DNA from: Mobula hypostoma
Taxonomy: Eukaryota
Reading direction: 5' to 3'
Length of the DNA: 64,000 nt
Assembly (NCBI RefSeq): GCF_963921235.1
Contig: NC_086097.1
Location: forward strand, 4,216,001 to 4,280,000
Positions 1-12,496 of the stretch are shown here, one piece after another. The position numbers and the translations under genes were made by a program. Positions within the stretch are counted from its first letter, which is position 1, and each line of letters starts with the position of its first letter. Under the pieces are notes generated by a model. That model ran no database searches. It was not told the origin of the DNA and saw nothing but the letters and a program-made list of their open reading frames with translations.

Positions 1-1030
1 CAACATGCTCCAGAACATCAACCTCACTCATATTGTCCTCACCATCATCAAGTTCCCTCTCATTGGTGAATACCGAAGAGAAGTATTCATTGAGGACCTC
101 GCTCACTTCCACAGCCTCCAGGCACATCTTCCCACCTTTATCTATATAGAACATAGAACAGTACAGCACAGGAAGAGGCCTTTCAGCCTGCAATGTTGTG
201 CCGAACAAATTAAATTAGTAATCAAATAGCCAACTGAACTACTGTAATCTCGTCTATCTACACAATGTCCATGTCCCTCCATTTTCCTCACATTCATGTG
301 CCTATTGAAGCAATTCTTAAAAATCCCTAATGTATCTAATGTCCCTGATGTAATGTGTGGGGTGGCACGGTGGCAGTAGTCACCATATCGCTTTACAGTA
401 CCAGCAGTTCCCAATGGTGCCTATAAGAAGTTTGCACATTCTCACAGCAGCTGTATGGGTTTCCTCTAGGTACTCCAATTTCCTCCCACAGTCCAAAGAT
501 GTACTGGTTGGCAAGTTAAATTGTCATTGTAAATTGTCCTGTGATTAAGCTATGGTTAAATTGGAGGACTGCTGGGCAGTGTGGTTCAAAGAGCTGGAAG
601 GACCAGTTCCGCTGTATCTCAATAAATAAATACAATAAGTACCTCTGTTACCACCCTAGGTAGTGCATTCCAGGCATCGACCGCTTTTTGAGTAAAAAAA
701 CGTCCTAACATTTCTTTTAAAATCACTCCCCTCTCATATTAAATGCATCCCCTCTGGTATTAGACATTTCTACCATGGGGGGAAAAGATACTGTCTGTCT
801 ACTCTGTCTATGCCTCTCATAATCTAATAAACCTCTATCAGATCTCCCCTCAGCCTCCACTGCTCCAGAGTAAACAATCCAACCTCTTGTTAAAATACAT
901 ACCCTTAAATCCAGGCAGCATCCTGGTAAACCTCGTCTGCACCCTCTCCAAAACCTTGACATCCTATAATGAGGCAACCAGAACTATATACAATACTCTT
1001 GATGCAGCCTAACTAGAGCTTTATAAAGGT
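1..1030 (-). mobile_element. CR1 LINE fragments (internal piece plus 3' end), interrupted by a SINE
   Basis: Reverse-complement tail atagaacatagaaca at about 143-160 and a reverse-strand RT C-terminus (ERVQRRFTRMLPG-like) at about 900-960. Confidence 0.75.
357..640 (+). mobile_element. tRNA-derived V-type SINE
   Basis: 5' ggtggcacggtggc, core gggtttcctctaggtactcc..ttcctcccacagtccaaagatgt, AATAAA-rich tail. Several sister copies occur in the window. Confidence 0.75.
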
Positions 1031-1644
1031 GACGATCAATATCGTCTACTTCTGACCTCTTTCTGTACCAACCTGTCAAACCTTCATTGTATGATTATAC
1101 CTGGAAAAGTGGTAAATGGAGTCTACTATAAGTACCATAGCAGCTATTACTTTTCAAGATTTTACCACAGTAGTTTGCATTTATTTCACGATACTAATAT
1201 AGTAAAAAGCTCACAGAAGATTTCTGAGAGTAGAAATCAAAATTGTATGAAAGTTCAGCAAGCTGTACAGTGATACTTGACCACAAAATCATCGAACAGA
1301 GAAGACTTTTTCCTACTTTGATAGCAAATCTCTTGGCTTACATGATGGTCTCACCAGAATTGCAATCTGTAGTCTCCTCTTCTGATTTACTTGTCTGGTA
1401 AAAATTTGGAGGCCTGTCTCACTTCCCCAGAATTGTTCTGAACTCCCACAGTATGCCCAACTAATAGCAGATCCTTTAGCTTTCTACTGAGGAAGCCCTG
1501 CTCCTAATACTCCCCAAACAGATTTGACATGTGGTAAATCCTCCATCCCTAATTTTGCCAACAGTTAAATTTGCAACATCGAACTGCCTCAGGGATTCCA
1601 GCTCTGGATTCATCCTGGACTTCCTTTTCTCCTGAAGCCTTCCC

Positions 1645-1835
1645 TATGAATGCATATAACCCCAAGGTAGCAGAGGTTTGAGATCAGAGTTTTCCTTCTC
1701 TTAGATGAGCTGCCAACCACAGCCGATGAGCCTCTTCTGCCTGAAGCAACTGGTTTTAAGGTGCCTTTGCCCCTTTCCTGTCAGTAGAAATGGTTCCGCT
1801 GGACATAGTAGCTAAACTATATGTGAAGGCAGCTA
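1645..1835 (-). mobile_element. RTE-like short element fragment (same family as 62280-62860)
   Basis: Shares gtagcagaggtttgagatcagagttttc...tagatgagctgccaacc...gatgagcc...tggttttaaggtgcc with 62580-62720. Confidence 0.6.
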
Positions 1836-1989
1836 GGACGCAATATCCATAGTCGACATTGACCAACAGAGAGCCTCCTCCTCTAAACTTAGAAAGGTTA
1901 TTTGGTAGGTTTTGAATGTATCTGAAATAATTGTAATTTAAGTCCTTACATTCTTAAGGTGAACTGTGTATTTGAAAAATAATTTAATT

Positions 1990-2070
1990 CGGCAGTTCCC
2001 AACCTTTTTAATGCTATGATACAATACCACTAAGCAAACGGCCAGTGGAGCCCAGGTTGGAAACCTCTGC
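1990..2070. mobile_element. About 80-bp hAT-like MITE
   Basis: Degenerate TIRs (cagttcccaacc ... ggttggaaacctctg). Sister copies at 44817-44900, 55267-55346 and a partial copy at 5232-5268. Confidence 0.55.
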
Positions 2071-2538
2071 TTTAAATAATAAAAAGAATTTAAACCTAGG
2101 CATATAACTGTAACTGTAATAGAAATCGAAAGGGTTCTGAATCCTGTCCCAGGTCTGACCAGCACAGGGTTATATAGGCATTTTACTAAAGTAAATGCTG
2201 AAGAATCTCAGCAATGTGGGACTCTTGGGCTTGATTACAAATGCAGTCCCATGATGGAACACATTGGCAGATACGGCAGCATCTGTGTTTGGCACTTCCG
2301 AAGTCCTGGACAACGCCACTTAATTAATGAATTGCTAGCCATTCTGTCCAGAATCAGCAATGTTTATCTGCATGATCAGGCACTCCTTGACTCGCTAATT
2401 GTGTTTTGAAAAGTGCCATGTTAACATTTAGCACTTATCTCTGATCAAATGACTTTTGCACTATTACATTTTTTGTTTAGATTATCTATTTCCCTGTGGT
2501 TATGGGAGTAAAATATTATTTTCTGATTATCTTGTCAG

Positions 2539-2661
2539 ATGACCGGACTCAAATTATATTCCCCTTGGTGATGATGTTTTGTGAGAAATCATTCAAAACA
2601 GATGAGACCATTCTTGCACCTTTGTCACATCAGCTGGGGAAGCTCTGTCATGGTCTCTCAG
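2539..2661 (+). CDS. PPP4R4: PPP4R4 internal coding exon A (123 nt, phase 1 to 1)
   Basis: ttgtcag|AT GAC CGG ... CTC TCA G|gtaaat. Encodes (D)DRTQIIFPLVMMFCEKSFKTDETILAPLSHQLGKLCHGLS, which I recognise as vertebrate PPP4R4 (human DDRSQTILPLVKSFCEKSFKADESIL...). Confidence 0.95.
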
Positions 2662-3467
2662 GTAAATATAACTGTCTCCTCCTCTAACCAGCAGAAATGG
2701 TTTCCCTCTGTACACTGTCTCACCTGTATGGTTCTATGATACTCCAATGCTCCGAAAAATTTTGAAAATTTCAAGTGACTGGATAACTTTTCAAATGTCA
2801 GTAAATGAAATTTGATTCATGGGGATTCACATATCATTGTGGTAAATCTGTGCTATTCCTTCTACATAGCCTATAAATGATTTCCAGACTCATCCACACT
2901 GGTCCATATTTGGCCTGAGCAAGATTTTGACATCCTGGTGTGTTTACAGACTCCTATTGTTCAAGAAAATTTAATTTGCTGCTTAGATTTTTCTTTGAAG
3001 AGGTATTTGGTGTATCAATATCAATACTTCTACAAATTATTGTAAAAACTCAACTAGTGTCATTAGACTTATATGAATGTCAACACAAAATGATAGGGTT
3101 TAGTCCAAATTATCCCACACTCTCCACTCTCAATATGCATTCCGTATATATACCATTCTTTGAAAACCAACTCTCATACTTAGAGAATGTTATGGACAAA
3201 TACTATCATCCCCTATTTTAGTTACAAGCCTGGTTCCTTCAACTCTTTTTGCCTCCACAATTGCTATTTTTTTAAACTATAGAAAGTCTTTTCGGCATAA
3301 TTTGTTTCCTTTTCTGAGAGAAGTTTCTAGTAAACTGCAACACAGTCTAATGAAAAGACAGTGGATCTAATCTGGGCACAGTAGAGCCTGTTTTGAGATT
3401 CCAATAGCATTGTCTATCATGAAATTGTAAGATATTGTGTTCAATCATAACCTTCTTACCCATATAG

Positions 3468-3637
3468 GGAATTTAACTGATGAACAGCATCTTTGGTTTT
3501 TGGATTTCTACAAGAAATTCAGTTCATTAGGCCTACAACATGAAAATGGCCAAAGTGAACACTTGACTCAGTTCTATGCAGCAGAAATGGATGCCAAATA
3601 TGCGTCTGTGAGACAGAATTGTGCCTACAATTTGCCA
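3468..3637 (+). CDS. PPP4R4: PPP4R4 coding exon B (170 nt, phase 1 to 0)
   Basis: catatag|GG AAT TTA ... TTG CCA|gtaagt. Encodes (G)NLTDEQHLWFLDFYKKFSSLGLQHENGQ...SVRQNCAYNLP. Confidence 0.95.
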
Positions 3638-3929
3638 GTAAGTATGGATAATACTTTTTTGCAGCATTTCTTGAATAATTACTGTACAAAATTCCTGTGC
3701 ACAATATTGCAGGTATCTAACCAGGGCTTTTTGCAATTGTAGTAGATGTTGCACACCAGGTGGCTTGCAATTTCAAATACAAAGCATAATTTTACCAAGA
3801 CATTTTGAGGTCATTTAAAGATCATCCATTATAACATTAAAATCAGATATAGAATTCATATAATTTTATTAAATAGCAACATTAGACTATTTTGATCACC
3901 ATTTCTATCAACCTTCATACTCTCTTGGA

Positions 3930-4370
3930 ACATCTGAAGCACAAAGACACCTACGTCAGGATGCTTTTCATTGATTACAGCTCAGTCCTTAATACCATAG
4001 CTCCACAATCTAGGTTTTGGAACATCAGCCTGTAATTGGATCTTGGACTTCCTCACTAATTGTACCCAGATGGTGAAACTAGGCAATGGCACAACAACCC
4101 CTTTCCCCCCCACCAAATCCTGAACATTGGTGCCCCACAAGGGTGGGTACTGAACCCACTTCTCTATTTTCTACTCTCTCCTCACCTATGACTGCATTCC
4201 TGCTCATGTTACAAACTCAGTCATCAAATTTGCAGATGACCCAACTGTAACAATTCTGCACATAGAGAGGAGTTGCTGAACTGTCCAATTGGTGCAGGAA
4301 TCACGACCTATCACTCATCATCAATCAAGAAGACAAAAGAAACGATGAAGGGGCAATAACTCTACTGCAT
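3930..4370 (+). mobile_element. Decayed Rex1/Babar/L2-like RT fragment
   Basis: Translatable motifs [17 protein letters not shown] and KFADD. Confidence 0.7.
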
Positions 4371-4374
4371 GTTT

Positions 4375-5230
4375 TTTATAGACCCCCTCCCCCATTGGTA
4401 ACAGGGAAACCGAGGAGCAGATAGGGAGGCAGATTCTGAAACGGTGCAGTAATGCACTTGTGATGGGAGATTTTAACTTTCCTAATACTGATTGGCATTT
4501 CCTTAGCACAAGGTGTTTAGATGGGGTGGAGTTTGTTAGGTTTGTTCAGGAAGGTTTCCTGATGCAATAAATAGATAGCCAACTACAGGAGAGGCTGTAC
4601 TTGATCTGGTATTGAGAATGAACCTGGTTAGGTGTCAGATCTCTCGGTAGGAGAGCATTCCCTTTCACCGTAGCGCTGGAGAGGGATAGGAGCAGATAAT
4701 TTGGGAAAACATTTAATTGGGGTGGGGGAAAATATGATGCTATTAGGCAGGAACTTGGGAGCATAAATTGGGAGCAGATTATTCTCAGGGAAATGTACGG
4801 CAGAAATGTGGCAAATGTTCAGGGAACACTTGCATGGAGTTCTGCAGAGGTATTTCCAATCAGGCAGGGAAAGGATGGTAGAATTAAAGAACCATGGTGT
4901 ACAAAGTATGTAGAAAATCTAGTTAAGAAGAAAAGAAAAGCTTACAAAAGGTTCAAGAAACTAGATACTGTTAAATCTTTAGAAGATTACAAGGTTGCTA
5001 GGAAGGAGTTTAAGAATGAAATTAGGAGAGCCAGAAGGGGCCATGAGAAGGCCTCGGTGAGCAGGATTAAGGAAAACCCCAAGCCATTCTACAAGTATGT
5101 GAAGAGCAAGAGGATGAGCCATGTGAGAATAGGACCAATCAGGTACGATAGTGGAAATGTGTGCATGGAGTCGTAGGAGGTAGCAGAGGTACTTAATGAA
5201 CACTTTCCTTCAATATTCACCAGGGAAAAG
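4375..5230 (+). mobile_element. CR1 LINE ORF2 fragment
   Basis: GDFNFPN motif; ORF 4793-5176 contains KENPKPFYKYVKSKR. Confidence 0.85.
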
Positions 5231-5231
5231 A

Positions 5232-6105
5232 CCTTGGTCCATAACATAAAAAAGTTTGGAAACCCCTGCCCTAAAGTGTAGAAGATTGAGGGGAGATTTG
5301 ATAAAGCTGTAAAAATTATGACGGGTATAGGTAAATGCAAGCAGGATATTTCCAGTAAAGTTGGGCCTGTGCTCACTGGAATTTAGAAGGATGATGGGGG
5401 CGATCTCATTGAAACCTTTTGAATGTTGAACGGTCTAGGCAGAGTAAATGTGGAAAGGATGTTTCCCACAGCCTCAGGATAGAGGGGCGTCTATTTAAAG
5501 CAGAGATGCGGAGAAATTTCTTTGGCCAGAGATGGTGAATTTGTGGAATTTGTTACCATAGGCATCTGTGGAGGCCAGGTCGTTGGGTGTACTTAAGGTG
5601 GAGATTGATAGGTTTTTGATTGACCAAAGGTTATGGGGAGAAGGCTGGAGAGTGGGGCTGAGTAGGGGATAAAAGGATCAACCATGATGGAATGGCGGAG
5701 CAGACTCGATGGGCCAAATGGCCTAATTCTGCTCCTTTGTCTTCTTGTCTTAAGTAGGTTACATGGTCAGCACAATAGTGTGGGCCGAAGGGCTTGTAAT
5801 GTGTTGTAAATTTCTATGTTCTATGTTATAGAGGTCATTGGTTAAAGGTGAAAGGTGAAATGTTTACAGGGAACATGAGGGGCATCTTCTTCACTCAGAA
5901 GGTGGTGAGATTGCAAAACAAGCTGCCAGCACAAGTGATGGATATGTGTTCAATTTCAACATTTAAGAGAAATTTGGATAGTTACATGGATGAGAGAGGT
6001 GTGGAGGGCCGTGGTCTGAGTGCAGGTCGATGGAACTAGGCAGATTAATAGTTCAACGTGGATTAGATGGGCTTGTTTCTGTATTGTAGTGCTCTATGAC
6101 TCTAT
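5232..6105 (+). mobile_element. Composite MITE-CR1 element followed by further CR1 3' ends
   Basis: MITE end aaagtttggaaacccctg, then CR1 C-terminal coding pieces with 3' tails gtcttcttgtctta, tttctatgttctatg and ctctatgactcta. Confidence 0.7.
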
Positions 6106-6537
6106 TCCATCTCATTTATTTTAGAGAAGAATGAAAGATAAATCAAACAAGTAGGATTAGAATAGGCTGTAAGGATGGTTTCCAAGGAGATGGAAGGTAA
6201 ATAGGAATTCTTATTGTCTTACAATTTGACTCAAGTGGGAGATGAACAAAAAGCCTGAGTCAAACCAATCGGGTTATTTTTTGAGATTTGAGTGTTGCTG
6301 TTAGGCTGGAAAGTGTTGCAGGGAGAGTTGATCGAGGTTATTAAGTGATATCAATGGAATTTAAAATTTTTAAATTATGGCCTCATTCTCCTCATTTATT
6401 TTTGAATTCCTGAATTGGTGAGTGTAAAACCTTCCTTCTGTCATGGACTTCAATATGGATTTATGTGTAATATCCAAAATAATACATCATTTAAGTTACA
6501 TTTGTTGATATTTAAATTTTTCTTTTCTCCCCCACAG

Positions 6538-6657
6538 GCTATGATACTTTTTGTAGATCCTAAATGTTTCTACACTGAACTTTATCCCACCTTTTCAACC
6601 CTTTGTCATGATCCTGAAACTCTCGTCCGACGAACGGTTGCCACTGGCTTCCATGAA
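6538..6657 (+). CDS. PPP4R4: PPP4R4 coding exon C (120 nt)
   Basis: Polypyrimidine tract then cccacag|GCT ATG ... CAT GAA|gtaagt. Encodes AMILFVDPKCFYTELYPTFSTLCHDPETLVRRTVATGFHE (HEAT-like). Confidence 0.96.
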
Positions 6658-6769
6658 GTAAGTATTTTTATTGACAAGATTTGAACTACAGCTAAATCTG
6701 TAATCAAAACTGTTTCAAGTAAGGGTAAAATAAACCTTCCCCTTGTAAGGGTAAGGTTGCATCAGGCAT

Positions 6770-7030
6770 CAGGGTGGCATCAGTGCAACGTTATTACAGC
6801 TCAGGCATTGTCGATTTGATGTTCAATTCTGGCGTTGCCTGTGGAATATGTAGGTTTCCCCTGGCTTCTTCGGTGTTCGTCCACATTCCAAGGATGTATT
6901 GGGTAGGTTAATTAGTCATTGTAAATTGTCCTGTGATTAGATTCGGATAATTGGGTTTGTAGTGGGCTGCTGATGTGTCGTGGCTGGACGGGTCTACGCT
7001 GCGCTATATCGGTAAATAAAAATAAAGATA
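6770..7030 (+). mobile_element. V-type SINE
   Basis: Homologous to 357-640 (ggttaattagtcattgtaaattgtcctgtgattag; A-rich tail). Confidence 0.65.
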
Positions 7031-7479
7031 AAGTATCATTGACTGTATGGGAAATATGAAAACATAAGGATTAAGTCACTGGCCCAATGTCTGAAAGTTT
7101 CTTGATCCAGTGATAGAAATTCAAATCCAACAGGGACAATTAAACTCAATTAACTAAATAAATCCAGAATAAAAAAGCTGAACCTTCCACAAAAAGATAA
7201 ATCTCAGGGTTGTATATGGTACTTAGATAATAAGTTTACTTTAAACTTTGAACTCAAATTGTTAATCTTTAGGAATGGAAACTGTCATTGGGCCTAATTG
7301 TGATTCCTGTCCAACCAATGTAGTTGACACTTCAATTCCTCTCTGAAATGGCCTAATAAACCATTGCTTCAAGACACAATTCAGGGAGACACAATTAATA
7401 TACAAATATTGACCTCACCACAATGTCTACATTGAAGGACCTGGAAAAATTATTCATGTTCTAATTTTCAAGATTAACA

Positions 7480-9190
7480 GGTTTAGGGAGCCTTGATTAT
7501 CAGGGATATTGGGGCCCTGGTGAAGAAAAAGAAGGAGGCACCTTTCAGGTATATGCAATTAGAATCAATGAGGCGCTTGGAGAGTATAAGAAGTGCAAGA
7601 GAACACTTGAGAAAGAAATTCAGGGGGGCTAAAAGAGGATATTAAATTTCTCTCACCGACAAGGTGGAAGAGAATCTTCAGGGCTTCGATAGGCATATTA
7701 AGAGCAAAAGAATAGCAGGAGACAAAATTAGTCCTCTTAAAGATCAGCGTGGTAGTCTATACATGGAGCCAAAAGAGATGGGGAGACGGGGGTAGATCTT
7801 AAATAATTTTTTCCATCTGAATTTACTCAAGAGACAGACACAGAGTCCATAGGGAAAAGAATAGTGAGGTCATGGACCATATATGAACTATGGAAGAGGT
7901 GTTACTTGATGTGTTGAGGTGAATTAGAGTGTATAAATCCCCAGGACATGACAAGGTGTTCCCTCAAATCTTGAGGAGGTCTAGTGCAGAAATTGCAAAA
8001 GCCCTGGCAGGGATATTTAAAACGATCAACCACAGGTGAGATGCTGGAGGACTGGAGAATAGCTAATGTTATTATTTTGTTTAATAAAGATTCTAAGAAT
8101 AAAACAGGGAATTATATGCCAGTGACTCTTAAATCAGTGGTGGGTAAATTATTGAAAGGTATTGAAGGGCCAGTATACATAAGTAGGGATAGTCAACATG
8201 ACAGATCATGTCGAATCAATCTTATAGAGTTTATTGAGGAAAGTTGAATGAAGTGTAATGGAAGTTGTCTACATGGACTTTAGCGAGGCCTTTGACAAAG
8301 ACCTATGTGGGAGGCTAGTCCAGAAGGTTAAGTAGCTTGGCATTCAGGGTGAAGTAGTCAATCGGATTAAATGTTGGCTTAGCAGGAGAAGCTAGATAGT
8401 GGTAGTAGGTAGTTATGTCTGGAATTAATTAATGCCAATATGGCACTAAACAATCTTGAATCTTGGAATCTTGACAAATAATTATTACTCCAAATATAAT
8501 GCAGCACAAAAAATAAAGAACACAATAATAAAACCACAATAAATATAAATACATAATATAGCTTATATACATTTGTACATAGATTGATTGCATGCCCATA
8601 AAGTTGACACTAGGCAGTGCATAGGTGACTAACAGGAAATAATAATAATGTTGGAGTTAGTGGGTGTAGGGGTTGATCAGCCTTACTACTTGGGGAATAT
8701 AACAGTCTGTGAGTCTGGTGGTCCTGGTGTGGATGCCAAGTAGCCTCCTCCCTGATTGGAATGGGACGAACTCTCTAAACCAGGCAGCATCCTGGTAAAT
8801 CTCCTCTGTGGATGACACCAAGGCAAGGGCCAATGGGCCAATGTGGATAGTGAAGAAGGCTAACAGAGCTTGCAAAGTAATCTGGGCAAGCTAGAAAAAA
8901 ATGGGCTGAAAAATAGCAGATGAAATTTGATGTTGATGAGTGTGAAGTGTAGCACTTTGGGAGGAAGACCAGGGTAGGATTGGCACAGTAAGTGATAATC
9001 ACTGAGGTATGCTGTAGAACCAAAGAACCCGAGAATACAGGTTCATAATCCATAATTAGTTTAAAGTAGCGTCACGGCTAGAATATATTATAAAAAGAGA
9101 TTTTGGCTCATGGACCTTCATAAATCAGGGCATTGAGTACAAGAATTTGGATGTTCTGGTGTAGTTATTAAAGATGTTGGTGAGGCTAAA
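7480..9190 (+). mobile_element. Old CR1 ORF2 pieces with a nested reverse-strand Rex/L2-like 3' end (about 8440-8780)
   Basis: ORF 7984-8247 (EDWRIANVIILFNK..GNYMPV); ORF 8657-8875 (-) ends in PFQSGRRLLGIHTRTTRL. Confidence 0.7.
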
Positions 9191-9340
9191 TTTCAAATCA
9201 AAGCATCAAAGTAAATTTATTATCAAGTGCAGTACATATATGTCACCACAGATTATCACGAGATTCATTTTATTGCAGGCATTTACAGGAAAATAAAGAA
9301 ATAGAATAGAATTTAGCTTCTGAATAACTTTGCGCATACT

Positions 9341-9908
9341 CATAGTCATAGTCATAGTCATAGTCATACTTTATTGATCCCGAGGGAAATTGGTTTTCAT
9401 TACAGTTGCACCATAAATAATTAAATAGTAACAAACCATAAATAATTAAATAGTAATATGTAAGTTATGCCAGGAAATAAGTCCAGGACCAGCCTACTGG
9501 CTCAGGGTGTATGACCTTCCAAGAGAGGAGTTGTGAAGTTTGATGGCCACAGGCAGGAATGACTTCCTATGACACTCAGTGTTGCATCTCGGTGGAATGA
9601 ATCTCTGGCTGAATGTACTCCTGTGCCCACCCAGTACATTATGTAGTGGATGGGAGACATTGTCCAAGATGCTATGCAACTTAGACAGCATCCTCTTTTC
9701 AGACACCACCGTGAGAGAGTCCAGTTCCATCCCCACAACATCACTGGCCTTACGAATGAGTTTGTTGATTCTGTTGGTGTCTGCTACCCTCAGCCTGCTG
9801 CCCCAGCACACAACAGCAAACATGATAGCACTGGCCACCACAGACTCGTAGAACATCCTCAGCATCATCCGGCAGATGTTAAAGCTCCTCAGTCTCCTCA
9901 GGAAATAG
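9341..9908 (-). mobile_element. Rex1/Babar-like LINE 3' end, family A, young
   Basis: ORF 9494-9946 (-) FLRRLRSFNICRMMLRMFYESVVASAIMF...; (GACTAT)n tail. Confidence 0.85.
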
Positions 9909-9974
9909 CAGTAGTATAAAATAATTTTGTCATGTTGGACAGACATGAAGAATGTTTGTTTATCGTAAATACAG

Positions 9975-10265
9975 ATGGCTTGGTAGTGTAATGGTCAGCA
10001 CAACGCTTTACAGTGCAGGAGACCAGGGTTGAATTCCCACCGCTGCCTGTAAAGAGTTTGTATGTTCTCCCTGTGACTGCGTGGGTTTCCTTTGGAGCAC
10101 TGGTTTCCTCCCACAGACCAAAGATGTACCAGTTGGTAGGTAATTGGACATTGTAAGTTGTCCTGTGATTAAACTAGGGTTAAATTAGGGATTACTGGGT
10201 TGCATGGCTAAAAGGGCCAGAAGGACTTATTCTCCACTGTATGTCAGTAAGTAAATAAATTAAAT
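9975..10265 (+). mobile_element. V-type SINE
   Basis: tRNA-like A/B boxes (tggtagtgtaatgg, gggttgaattccc) followed by the V-like core. Confidence 0.75.
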
Positions 10266-10584
10266 AATCAACATATAGTAAAAAACATCAGTTCCAACCT
10301 AAACTGATAAAGGCATTTCTCCCAATAATAGTTACCTTCGGAATATGCAAAGCCCAGTAGGAGTTCAAAACTCAAAAAAAAAACATTTTCTCAAAGTTAA
10401 AACTTTATTCTTATTTAATGAGGCACCTCTGGGAATGTCATGGTAATTATAGAATATGTTTGGCATGAAAGACATGGGAAATCTGACTGACACTGAACTA
10501 GTGGAATTCCCCTTTTGACTTCTGTAATAATTGCTAGTTTATTTAGGTATTTTTTTTATTATCATTCTCTCAAAACTAAAATGA

Positions 10585-10850
10585 ATGGAAGGATGTCCAT
10601 TTAGAACAGAGATGAGAACGACTTTTTTTTAGTCAGAGAGTGGTGAATCTGTGGAATTTGTTGCCACAGATGGCTGTTGAGGGCAAGTCATTGGGTATAT
10701 TTAAAGCAGAGGTTGGTAGATTCTTGATTAAGGTTACAGGGAGAAGGCAGGAGAATGGGGTTGAGAGGGATAATAAGTCAGCTATGTTGGAATGGTGGAG
10801 GAGACTCAATGGGCCAAATGGCCTAATTCTTCTGTAGCTTATGGCCTCAT
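10585..10850 (+). mobile_element. CR1 3' end
   Basis: FFSQRVVNLWNLLPQ motif plus 3' UTR gggccaaatggcctaattct. Confidence 0.8.
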
Positions 10851-11164
10851 GTGCTTCACACTTGCATTTATGTAGGAAGATGTGAAGTTTTCTTGAGCAC
10901 TTTAACGCAATCAATTATTGTCCATAAATTGTGCTCTAATTATCATTATCAGATGCATGGCATCGTCAACAATAGTACCAAAGTACATACACTCCCCAAC
11001 AAATACTAACTTAGTTTAGTTATTTTTTCAGTATTAGTAGGTTTACAACCTCATTGCAACTATCTATTGTCAAAATGGTTAAATGACCAAGGTGAGTTGA
11101 GGGTGCATAAAGTCAGTGTTTTAATTGATTAAAGCAATAAGGAATCCTAGTAATATCTGTATGA

Positions 11165-12125
11165 GTGATCAGCAGCACTGGGGCTCCACAGGGGACTGTC
11201 TTGTCTCCCTTTCTCTTCACCATTTACACCTCGGACTTCAACTACTGCACAGAGTCTTGTCATCTTCAGAAGTTTTCTGATGACTCTGCCATAGTTGGAT
11301 GCATCAGCAAGGGAGATGAGGCTGAGTACAGGGCCACGGTAGGAAACTTTGTCACATGGTGTGAGCAGAATTATCTGCAGCTTAATGTGGAAAAGACTAA
11401 GGAGCTGGTGGTAGACCTACCGGTGACCCCTGTTTCCATCCAGGGGGTCAGTGTGGACATGGTGGAGGATTACAAATACCTGGGGATACGAATTGACAGT
11501 AAACTGGACTGGTCAAAGAACACTGAAGCTGTCTACAAGAAGGGTCAGAGCCGTCTCTATTTCCTGAGGAGACTGAGGTCCCTTAACATTTGCCGGACGA
11601 TGCTGAGATGTTCTACGAGTCTGTGGTGGCCAGTGCTATCATGTTTGCTGTTTTGTGCTGGGGCAGCAGGCTGAGAGTAGCAGACACCAACAGAATCAAC
11701 AAACTCGTCCGTAAGGCCAGTGATGTTGTGGGGATGGAACTGGACTCTCTCACGGTGGTGTCTGAAAAGAGGATGCTGTCCAAATTGCATGCCATCTTGG
11801 ACAATGTTTCCCATCCACTACATAATGTACTGGTTGGGCACAGGAGTACATTCAGCCAGAGACTCATTCCACCGAGATGCAACACAGAGCATCATAGGAA
11901 GTCATTCCTGCCTGTGGCCATCAAACTTTACAACTCCTCCCTTGGAGTGTCAGACATCCTGAGCCAATAGGCTGGTCCTGGATTTTTTTCATAATTTACT
12001 GGCATAATTTACATATTACTATTTAACTATTTAAGGTTCTATTACTATTTATTATTTATGGTGCAACTGTAACGAAAACCAATTTCCCCTGGGATCAATA
12101 AAGTATGTCTATGACTTTGACTATG
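11165..12125 (+). mobile_element. Rex1/Babar-like LINE, 5'-truncated, family A
   Basis: GAPQGTVLSPFLFTIYTSD...KFSDDSAIVG RT motifs, with a frameshift between ORFs 11165 and 11590; gatcaataaagtatg(actatg) tail. Confidence 0.88.
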
Positions 12126-12496
12126 TGAAGTTGAAAATGTTTTCACAACCTACTTGAGGTTATTGGAAGATGATACAATTGTACGGTCCATAGAGCCACT
12201 ATGCACACTTCCAGTAATCCAGATTCAATGCTGGCTTCTAATGCTGTCTGTACTGAATTTGCATGTTCTCAACTGACCGTTGGGGTTTCCTCCCACATTT
12301 GAACACCTTTATGTGTCCATTTTATTTTATTCAGAAATACAGTGTGGAACATGCCCTTCTGCTCCGACAAGCCACATTTGCAGCAACCCACCTATTTAAC
12401 ACTAGCCGAATAACAGGCCAATATACAATGATAAATTAACTAACTAACTGGTAGACTAGGTTATTTGGCCACTGTAAATTGCTTGTAATTTACAAG

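Noticed and set aside
1..2538. An additional upstream PPP4R4 exon
   Set aside because: I found no segment with splice sites encoding the expected preceding peptide; it probably lies before the window.
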